DNA of 64,000 nucleotides from Tubulanus polymorphus (lineage: Eukaryota; Animalia; Nemertea): positions 23,168,299 through 23,232,298 of the forward strand of contig NC_134025.1 of NCBI RefSeq assembly GCF_964204645.1. The letters are read 5' to 3'. The notes under the pieces were generated by a model. That model searched no databases and was not told the origin of the DNA. It worked only from the letters and a program-made list of their open reading frames with translations. The position numbers were made by a program, and so were the translations under genes. Below, piece after piece: positions 53,801-64,000 of this stretch. The number at the start of each line of letters is the position of its first letter. Positions within the stretch are counted from its first letter, which is position 1.

Positions 53801-56800
53801 AGTGCATTGAAACCATGGCCAGTGTTCATGCAGGTTGACCACATTCCATTATGATTGAAAATTTTTCCCCAAATGAACCACAGTTAGGTGAGCAATAATA
53901 TTTATGTAGAGTAAAATGAAATAAAATTTGATAAGAAAATCATTGATCTGGCAAGTTCGGATTCACAAGACAGCGAATGGACGACATCATTGGCATTGGT
54001 CGATTGAATCGATTAAAGTCCATCTTCGATCTTCTTGTGAAACCGAGACTGTCCAGTCCAGTACCGCGATAAGATGTGTAAATTAAAGTCATGATTTAAA
54101 TTCACGAATAAATGAAAATCACGACGATATTCTTATAGAGGTAAACTGTAGGTAGATATTGATGTAAATAATGTATATATTGTGTAAGAATTTATCAAAA
54201 CGAATTCTAAAACGCAGACACAGTCCCGGTCAAAAATCCACGCATGAACTACATATTTGAGCTACTGCACTAAATAGCAAATACTCGAGCTACTAATTTA
54301 CTGAGCTATCGGTAAATATCTTCAATTGATCAATCAAAAAGTATCATCGACAAAAATATACGAACACATAAGCACAAAAATCTAAATAGAATTCATGGCC
54401 GTGAATTTGTCACGGGTCAAAATTTTAAAGACGTGTATGGGATGATTGGCAGCTCAGAAGAAATTCAGGGCATGCTGACTGTCCACATAAGACAACTGCG
54501 ATGGATTCCTGACCGACTCCGTGGAAAATATGAAGGGAACGTTTTGGTCAAATTGGTGTTTGCAGTAATCGGCCAGTCAGCCATCTGCAATTAAGCTCGG
54601 GTGACACACGAATAAATGCGCTGCATGATACACCGATATTGCTGTCTACCTGTCTCATCACCGGGTATACGTGTAGTATTGAACTGTCGTTCGTACTGCC
54701 ACGAACACAATGGCACCGTCTTGTTCACCTGTATCTGTAAAGTATCGCAAAAGGGAAGAGAACGCCGGTCAATATCGTTTAGCATATAGAACATAGTTAT
54801 AGTAAAACCATATACCTGTTTCTTGCCCGGGAATACGGCACGTATTGAACTGTCTTTCATACTGTGCAGAACAAAGGGGTACAGTTTTCTGCAGAAGAAT
54901 CTATAAAACAAAATTTCAACGAGTCAGCTTTCACACTGAACAGGACGCAACTCAGTCGGCTTATTGCGCCGTGCGTCCTTCGCTGTACTGCTGTGCCTCC
55001 TTGACTGACTGCACCTAATATCGTGGTTCCCACAGTTATATGAATTCAAAATTCCCAAGTTTTCCCCATGTATTTTATGGGTGATTTTTCAATTTTCCCA
55101 AATGGAAATGAACACATATTGTCATGCTACAGTCAACATTTTAGCGGTGACTGGTTGATAAAGGTGATTTTCAAGGGAAATTGCTGAAGAAAGTTGCCCT
55201 TGGCAAATGTAACATGTGAAATGTAATGAATTTCCCAAATATTTCCCTGATTTGAGGAAAATTTTTTCAAATTCCCAAATATTTCCAAACCAGGAATTAA
55301 TATTTCAAAATTCCCAAGTTTTTCCCAATTTCCCTGTTCTGTGGGAACCATGTAATATGCACCTAAACCACAATTAGCGTGTTGCTAATATATAACCCTT
55401 CAAGTGTCCCGTAAGAAATATTCATTTCTTATATAATTCTTGATGCAGCATGGTTCAGACAGCTTAAATGGGAGGAAATGATATTAACGCCAAATCTAAA
55501 TGTAAACTGTAAAATGATTTCAATTGAAACAGAAAGTGACTTCTATCCCAAGAAGTGTTTTGCTGAGAGCCTTAGGCATCTATTCCTTTGACTGTTTTAA
55601 TGCCAGAGAATAATCAAATCAAATTAGGAGTCCACTTGGGGAAATCCTTACAATCTGACAATTTCAATATACAAAACTGCCTGATTTAAGAACCCTTCCA
55701 AAACATACCCATCACCATTTTTAATGAAAAATAGTAAACCCCTAGTAAGCTGTAGGTCTTCTAATTCAGGCAAAAAGTGACCTTTTTGCACAAGATGGCC
55801 TTCTTGTGTCTGATCGCTCCAATTTTTCTTACGATGATGGACCATAAACAAATGAAATATCAGAACAAGTGTCATCTAAGAGTACATTTAAGTACATCTA
55901 AACTATAAATTGCCCTACATATTGTGGGGTTTTATTCATACGAACAGATTTCCAAGTAAATTTCAAACAGATAACTAAACTGCTATATTTCGATTCTACA
56001 TTTCTACATGAAATTCATTACTATTCATCAATCTTTGAAATATCTATTTCTATTAATGTATGTGATGCAATATATTTTATGAATGCAATGGGATACCGGA
56101 TCTCACCAGATGACGCGACAAAACACTGGGTTATTTGTAGTGAAAATGAGTTCATTTTCGATGAAATTTGAACTTGATTCTTAGGCTTCCAAATAGGAAA
56201 ATTATCAATCAAGTCATCGCGTAGATATCAGATCGACTTTCTCACTCGGTGCATGGTAAAGATTTCACTAAAAATCGATTTACTTTTTACAGAAAAGTTT
56301 ATTTGAATTCTATTGAAATGTAGAAGGAATTGCAGCGCAGTAACCCGGTGCCACTAGTGATCCTGGTGGATAAACGCTGAATCGTCACTTGCAACTGTTG
56401 CCTTGCCGGTATCCCATAGTTAACCGAGGTTAAATAAATCATCCTCTAATATAATCCGCTTTTCGTTTATGAAATCATGCATATGATTAACTGCAAACAC
56501 CTTCGGCTGCTTTATTGGTTAAGAGACTTACCGGCATAAGAGATTCTTGTTCAATTTCCCGTCTGAACGACAGCAAACCGATGACCATATTCGCAGCCCT
56601 AGCAGCTTGAACACGAGAGGGAACGAGGAAAACCGTATCCTGTAAATTGTAAGTTCAACGAACTATAAAATACTTGTAGGTAGAAAACTAGGTACGCTTA
56701 AGTCGAGTCTGCCACAGAACAGATTTTTGACAATACTGCAGACTCGGACTTACATGAGTGGGATCATAACTATTCTACTGGAGTTGAGAATTAGAGAAAT

Positions 56801-59800
56801 TAAATATTAGAGAATTAGAAGTAAAAAAATAATCCAACTCAGTTTCCAAATTGAATTCCAAATTCCAATTTGGTACCCCAGCAAGAAGTAGTCAAAGTGT
56901 GCTGTAAGATATTGGCATGACTAAACTATTTGATAATATTTTCTTTACTGGGTACTAACAACAACAATTCTCAGAGCATTTTTAAGTCACTTCTGCCATG
57001 GATATCACAATTAGGTAAATATATTCCCTCAGCCTATAATCTGTAACTACGCATCAGGCATTTCTCCCAGAGAAGTGAAACGAACTTACGATGCCATAGA
57101 AATTACTGTTAACCATGATCGGTGAACGTCCACGTAGATAAACATATTCTTCCCACCAATCAGACACCTGAAGAAAATACGATCATATTCACAGTAAGTT
57201 CTCACGAATGTGATCCGCTAAATTCGTAGCATTTTATTAAGTGGTCACTCACGTAATTCGGCGACAACCATGATTTCAGTAAAAGGTAGCGTTGCAATTT
57301 GTTGCCAACTCCGTTCATGAATTCATCAGCTAGAGCGGACAGTCGTTTGTAGTCTTCATCATTCGTCAACGGTTGAACAGACTTCAAATACTGATGGAAA
57401 AAAAGAAAGGTTGTATCAACATTGAAAAAAAATACTACAGGATTATTGAAGTTTAATCCGATATCGATTGCTTAAGATCGTAACTGTGATCGGTTAACCG
57501 AGATGGTTAATATATTCCATTTCAAAGATTGCCAACTGCTTTTACTAACCCCTGACTAATTACCAGGCAGTCAGTTGCTCAAAAGTTGCTCCTTATGGAT
57601 ATAAGGTCGAATAGGTATCATTATTACAATGCAGTAATAATAGTCACTATGTCGGTTTATCCATCGGTTAACTTTAATCTAAACCAACCTTCGAACAACT
57701 GGCCCCACGGATATTACTTACTCTCCTCATAGTGTCTTTAATAGCTGGAACAGGTAATCGTGGTAATGATCCCTGCCAACTATATAGTAATGGTTTTCTT
57801 CCGCCGAGGAATTTCACGATACCCTACAAATGAATACGACAACATCTCAATTCATATTTGTGCGTCGAATCAGTTCCAGCTCTAAGAGTCCCTACAGATC
57901 AGTCATTATATGGATATAAGGAGTTTACAGGGAGAACATTTCATACTTCAAGAAAGCGTCTGCATCACTTTCATATCGTAATTACAGTAGATACCTCCTA
58001 AATCAGTAGTTTATCTCGGTAAACCGTTAATTTGATGGTTTTATAAGCCAACATTTATCCTTGACATTACTCAACTCAGTTTCTATTTCAGTAACCGCCT
58101 AATTAGTTAATAAAAAGAGCCTGCTTCCAACTGTACTGAATTAGGCATAGTCTAACGGACGCCTTCTGAAGTATCAAATTACCTATTCTTCAAAATTAAA
58201 GTTTCAGGCATTGTGCTCAAAGGAGTTTCAAGCACCTTCAAAAGCATTTTCCCTTTTTAAAGAGTTTTTAAGGAATTTAAGGAGTGGTAGAGACCGTGAG
58301 TTCTTATTCTATGCCCCAAGCTATAAATCATCACTACCTAATGAGAAAACTTGTCTCATTACAGTCAGAATCTACAACAGATTGGTTCTGTACACTTTAA
58401 TGAAGCGATGTTTGTTAACCCTTTCAGTGCGTCTACACCACAGTGTGGTGTATAAATCGGTGATGGATTTTGCTAGTACACCGCGCTGCGGTGTATTGAT
58501 ATTGATTTAATTAATAATAGTAATTATCTCTCGAAAGATGGCAGCACCTATCAAACATAGTGAAATATTAGTAACTAATGATAGACCGCGCTGCGGTGTA
58601 GACGCATTATAGTGCTTTTCCCGTTATTCAACACACTAGGGTGGAATTTTCCCAAATTTTCACATTTTCTCCAGCACTATAGGGTATTAATCAGTCAGCA
58701 CGGAAAGGGTTAATAATTTTTTGACCTGGTCCACTGGTACAGGGGGTTGTATACACAATATAAAAAACATAAGATTCACGAATACTTACCAACCACATCT
58801 TTGTTTTCAATGACAATTTGCCTCTTGGTTCATACATCCACGCGTGATACGACAACAATCGAATCAACCACAGACGAACCAAGATGATTCCGGATATCCA
58901 CATTACGGTCGCGGACAGCACGCAAGCCACGTAGGAATCAGTAGGAGATGATAGCTCCGTCGTTCTGAAATTAATTCGTCGATTCAATCGCGCGTCGCAA
59001 TCAACATTAACCAGAGTTGCCACTTATGTGAAGCTAAAAATCCGGAAAATAAGTCGGGGGTCTGGCCCTCCCCCAGAAAAATTTTTGAAATTAGAACGCC
59101 AGGAGATGAGTTCTGGCGCAAAACGCGTGATAGGCCTCATTTTCATTACCGCCTATAGATCATTTTTTCAAATAGCGATTGGTTCCGTCAAATACACCTC
59201 ATATATAAACCAGAGCCAAAAACAAACGAAGCGTCAGTCGATTTCGATCGTCGCGTCATCTTGGTTTAATCGTGTACTGCGGGGTTGTTGCCACTACGTG
59301 GCAGCACAATACGGCTTTTTCGAACCCTCTACAGAGCCGTCACGTTTTGATGTTTAGGGTCGAATCCCGAATTGATTTTTTTTTCGCGATGTTTTCTTTT
59401 GTGGTTATTTGACTCCCGAAAATCCGGAAATGAAATTGGATTTTTTTAAAATCCGGAATTCCGGAGAAGTGGCAACTCTGATTAACTTACGTACCCGAAT
59501 ATATTCATTCTTAATACTTACAAATTTAACAGACTTTGTATCCAAGCGGTCAGGCCAAACGACACATCCTTCTGCGCGAGTGTCAGAGCCAGAACTAAAC
59601 TGACCGTGATCAGGAGACTGGTCGGTGACGCCGGATAGACACCATTGTGAACGCGATTCTACAAAATTCGTAAATATATGCAAATATTGTTACCGTATCT
59701 ACTCAGGCGGCAAAAACAAAGCACATTGCAGCGCTTACAGCGATCGATGATTTGACTCGATGTATATCGCTCTTGAATACTGAACGAATCATAACCTAAG

Positions 59801-61872
59801 AATACTTAATACTAATCAAGACAGGGCGAGGGTACGACACGGCAAGTCATACCCACCCTCTGATGATTTTAGTACGAAAGCAATTACGGTATTTGTTGCA
59901 CATGTAATTGTGGTGGTTGATGCTATGTTTTTCATTTAGGGCCTCGCATATGAACCGAAACAAATAAGATACCCAAACAGGGAGCTGTGGCAATCGCGGG
60001 GATGCATCATATGACTATATTCACTAAGTATTTGCAGCGATTACAAGCAACTTTTTGTCACCGCGTCCATAAAACATCAAACATGTCAGATATTTGGCGA
60101 ATGCAAAATACACAATAATCACACGCAATAATCACCGAAAACTACGCTGCGCACTTTGCGTCCGCATTATTCTCAAGGGTAAATATTGACTGATTTCAGC
60201 TCAACCTGGATCCGGATCAACATAAACCATGTTTACATGTCGTATAGGGAAATGACATCAAGAAACCGGATAACACTGATACGATAAAATCATAGACAAA
60301 GTACATGTGATCTGATTATCCATAAGACAGAAAGGTCAAATTTCTGGTAGAGCAATTATGATTTACTCATTGAAACAGTATTTCATGATTTGAATTGCAC
60401 GCAAATACTAAGGGCAAATTAAGTTGGTCATAAGACACACAACACCATAACTTACTAAAACACTTTGACCCTCTAATGACTGTTGGAATTTGGACTTCAG
60501 CCATTTATTATGTCTACTGAAACCGAACAGTCACAAATAGGCTAATTCACCTTAATTGTCTAAGAAAAAATCATGAACTTCATACACTTAGACTAACCAC
60601 AACAATGTTTTTGCATATAAGCCTCACCAGGCCATCCCATGATGGTCTGTTTGCTGTAACCCGACCGACCCAACTTCAAAGGTACCGAGGGAAAACTTTT
60701 TGGGGGATTCATTGAAATGAATTTAATTTTTGATATTTTTTCCACACAAAAAAGGTGATAAATTTGTTTTTTGCCCTAAATTTTTGCAAAAAAATATTTC
60801 TACCTACCTACACCAACTCATCCTGAAAACTTGACTCGGGTGTTACGGCAAACAGATGATTATTTTGGGATGGCCCCAGTATAAAACGGCACATGGTTTC
60901 GTCTTATGAGGCATCAAAAAATGTTTAATTCATCAAATATATTGCAGAAATTCATGCATTCAGCTATTTACCTATGCCGCCACCTTAAAATACTATAGTA
61001 CGCTATAGGTCTACTATGCGCGGTTCTGTCAATTCATAACGTTATTTGCTTAATCCCGATAATATCCACAAATGTATAAAAAAACTGTCCATAGCAGGTG
61101 TTTAAAACACGCAAAACATTTCGTATACGAAAAATGTGCAAAATGAAACCATTTCAACAAACGAATAAAACAAACTAGATAATATTTTCTGGGAGCAAAT
61201 ATTACATGAAATATGAGCCGAATCTGGGATGAATTTTATCAAATAAATCGAACAGGCTGAATTTAAGATCATAAGATTGGTAAACAGCTTAGTAAATGCT
61301 GATCGAAAATCATAGCAAAAGTAATATCTGCATATAATGCAGTAATTGAATAGGTCACTTCTCTTCTTAGGGAAACCATTCAATCTCCCATTCTGACAAG
61401 CAAGTTCTACCAATAATGCATTAAAGAAACTCAAGTCTTTAATCGAACAAGATTTCTGAGTAAGACTTGCAAACCTGGATCCAATTCCACACTTGTGAAA
61501 TGGATTAAACTTCATTTTCAATGTTTTAACTCTACTAGAGTCAAATTTAACACAGAGCAGTGGAACTCAGTCTACGTAACATGTAAAATATATACGAGTG
61601 GATGGAATCTGCCCTAAATTGCAAATCTAGCCATTACACACTAATTACCAACTCATTATTCATTCAAAAGCACCCGAAAATTGCGCAGATAGCTGGAAAC
61701 AAAAAATCTCCCTAAATCGATGCCTTACCTTGAATCGTAAGAATTTGATTTTGTTCGCGCGGACAAAACTTTCCCAAACGGCGCGGAAAGCTTCGTGATT
61801 GACGTTGACGTCGACTCCGCCGTCCGGAGAAACGGTGAACGAGAACGCAACGGCAGAATGCGCTTCTGCCAT
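47840..61872 (-). CDS. CPT1: Carnitine O-palmitoyltransferase 1, canonical malonyl-CoA-sensitive type, 21 coding exons
   Basis: Exon 1 61872-61729 [14 protein letters not shown]...KIKFLRFK; NGVYPASP; [19 protein letters not shown]; [24 protein letters not shown]; [19 protein letters not shown]; [14 protein letters not shown]; micro-exon 50482-50457 FGFNAEHSW|ADAP; [21 protein letters not shown]; [16 protein letters not shown]; [10 protein letters not shown]; [16 protein letters not shown]; TGA at 47840. A splice acceptor 8 nt upstream of the ATG implies an upstream non-coding exon. Confidence 0.96.
49288..49435. mobile_element. Degenerate MITE-like element related to 52875-53056
   Basis: Begins TAAGCC, ends GGCTTTA; shares GAAACATGTTTC palindromic cores and CAGGGAAA / TTTCCTGTG motifs with the 52.9 kb element. 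Confidence 0.4.
49750..49812 (-). mobile_element. Possible tRNA-derived SINE head fragment
   Basis: Minus strand reads GGTTAGAGCATTCGACTTTGGGATGCCAGATCATGGGTTCAAAACC: A-box-like and B-box-like (GGTTCRA) motifs, no complete cloverleaf. Confidence 0.35.
52875..53056. mobile_element. MITE-like inverted-repeat element (PIF/Harbinger-like TAA/TTA flanks)
   Basis: AAGCCCAACATACATGACGCAGGGAAACAG pairs imperfectly with CTGTTTCCATGCGCTGTGTGCATTGAGCTT; internal palindrome CAGAAACATGTTTCTG. Confidence 0.55.
55022..55352. mobile_element. Non-autonomous DNA transposon with 6-bp TSD TAATAT
   Basis: TIR CGTGGTTCCCACAG / CTGTGGGAACCATG; TAATAT at 55016-55021 and 55353-55358; internal TTTCCCAA/TTCCCTG subterminal repeats. 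Confidence 0.8.
58419..58709. mobile_element. piggyBac-like non-autonomous element
   Basis: TTAA|CCCTTTCAGTGC ... GCACGGAAAGGG|TTAA: TTAA target duplication and CCC...GGG termini; internal CCGCGCTGCGGTGTA repeats. Confidence 0.8.
59012..59480. mobile_element. Non-autonomous DNA transposon with 14-bp perfect TIR and 6-bp TSD ATTAAC
   Basis: CAGAGTTGCCACTT ... AAGTGGCAACTCTG; ATTAAC at 59006-59011 and 59481-59486; AAAATCCGGAA subterminal repeats. Confidence 0.85.
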
Positions 61873-64000
61873 CTTCTTCGCTACAATAAAAAAAAAAAAA
61901 ATCGATGTCGGCTGCGATAAATTACGCAACAACTGATACACGACGGAAAACCGCGCCGAGTTTTCACATCGATCTGCTTCGCTCGTACGTTCATAGATAG
62001 ATTACTATCTAATTCGATATTCTATAGTAGGCCTACTTAAGTCGGACGTGTGCCAAATTTTTTTCAAATCGCCTTGTCGAGCTCGAAGAAACAATGACAA
62101 AGAGCGCACGCCTCGTGCTTTGAACGACGAAATTACAATGCACGGTTAGTATGTATCTAGGTAGCACCGCGAGTTCAAGCGGTAGTTGAAGAATCTCGGA
62201 ATTTCGAATACTCTGGCGATTCATAATCATAAAGGAGACACATTTTTTTAACACGGTACAGAGCCGCGAACATTCGACTTCGAACTTCGCACCGCAGACC
62301 AACAGTAACGACAACATAGACCGACTGACCCCCAGTCAAATAAATAGGTCTTTAGACTGTGAATAAAAAATAACACATACTCAAAATATAGATAGGGCCT
62401 AACGTAAATAAAGTCCGCTTCATTTGAGATTAAAAACCTACAATTCATCACTACTACTATAATAGTATCATCATCCGATGATAAGAATTCTTTCTTCAGA
62501 GTTTCTGCAGAAATATCATTTATGACTTGTAAGTCTAACCTAGGGCTGGGAACTATTTTCGCAATTCTTTTATAGGCCTAAAATAGCCTAATCAGTACTT
62601 CAATTTTAGATAAATAATTTTTAGCAGAGATCAGTTTCTAATTCTATAGGCAGGAAAAAATTTTCTTCTGAATCATAATCACTTCTATTTGATGTTTAGT
62701 CACTAGGCAACTACAACTGGAGGCTGTGCTTTAAGCAGATCTTTCAGGAACGTGAAAATTTGTCTAACTTGAGCGATAACCTAGCGATTAGGTCACTAAC
62801 TAAGCCAAGTTCGGAGTTGTCCTTTCGGGGTATCAAGATGTTTCACACTATAGGTAAAAACTGCTTAAGGATTGGAATATAGGGCCTAAAATGATAAAAG
62901 GATCATTTAGGACCTATCATTGCTATATAGGCCTAAATAGACAATGGATATTCCGCAGAAACAGCATTATTTTAGTAGCCCAAGTATTATTATGCTGCAT
63001 TCTATATAAAATAAGATAGGCCACTAAAAAAAAATAATTTCAACATTATTCTTATATTAGACGAAGGGTCAGGGTTATGATCTAGAGGGTTAAGGTAAGG
63101 ATGAGAAGAGGGTTAGGGTATATTTTAAGGCTAGGATTAGGGTTTAAAATAGGATTCTACATTGAAAAAATTCAAGCAGTTTACAACCCGACAACGAGCC
63201 TCAGATCAATAAATCATTGACCTAATGGGAAGTATATACACGAGCAATATGCTGGCCTTGGTTTGACTTGTCAATATCCTGCTCAATCTCTACCTTTCCC
63301 CTCGCACAAGTTGCACACATCAACATCATGGGATAAGCCATAGCACTGCCATAGTGAAATTTACTTACGATACGAGGGTTGACAACATAATCTATATACA
63401 TCTAAAATTTTGAAGTCATGATTTGACATTTCGACAACGATAAGCCACAATAATAATCCAGGGACAGCAAGACCATATTGTAACGTAGCCGTAGGAGGCC
63501 GATTTTCGCTTGTAGGGAGTAGTCAATCGGGCTACAACATATGCCAAAAAAGACGTTGCATTCAATCATTGTGAAAATGACTCAGCCTTAACCCTCTTCA
63601 TTACAATTTTTGGGAGGGGGTACGAAAGTGCAATAGCGCTTTCATTAATCTATAGGCCTACTAAATCAAATGAACACCGAACAGGGAGGAGACCGACTGG
63701 GCTGACTTGATTTAGTCGTGTAAGTAGTTAGACCGAGCGAGGATGAAGTCGAACCGTAGAGAGAGAGTGTGCGGTGGACGGGCCGTAGAGGCCGAGGATA
63801 CTCAGTCAGTACCTAATTAACCTGTCCTATGCATGGTCTAATGTCTATTTATTAATTGATGAGACCTGTTTTTCTGGGATATTTTGCTTACTTTTTGGGG
63901 TACATACCTCATTTATGTCTTAACAGAATGCCAAAAATCGCGGACAACAACTGAATATCCGATATATTTCCAGTTCTGTACCAATTAGATGGATTGGCAA

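Noticed and set aside
63066-63145. Interstitial telomeric repeat
   Set aside because: Only a few degenerate GGGTTA units, not an array.

Overview
AT-rich, intron-containing invertebrate animal DNA. I assembled all gene models by hand from GT-AG junctions and from remembered similarity to vertebrate proteins; no search was run. Left to right, the window holds: (1) the 3' part of ARID2/BAF200 on + (520-6038); (2) a complete RAB3IP/RAB3IL1 (Rabin8, Sec2-domain Rab GEF) gene on - (10962-14491); (3) a head-to-tail array of six carnitine palmitoyltransferase 1 (CPT1)-family genes on -. One gene of the array is a canonical CPT1 (47840-61872) and five are compact derived paralogs (A-E, 15640-43722). 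The paralogs keep the exon structure, both TM segments, the catalytic EHSWxD motif and the CoA-site GKGF.K...SPD. They have replaced the malonyl-CoA regulatory N-terminus and rewritten most carnitine-recognition motifs (TYEAS, TET, DRH, STS, GGGFG). This is the best candidate for an undescribed system: a tandem cluster of neofunctionalised membrane acyl-CoA transferases, probably with a non-carnitine acceptor. Paralogs B and C are chimeras made by unequal crossover inside one active-site exon. Also present: non-autonomous DNA elements with 6-bp target-site duplications, a piggyBac-like MITE, a Penelope/hammerhead-like palindrome and a long (TA)n tract.
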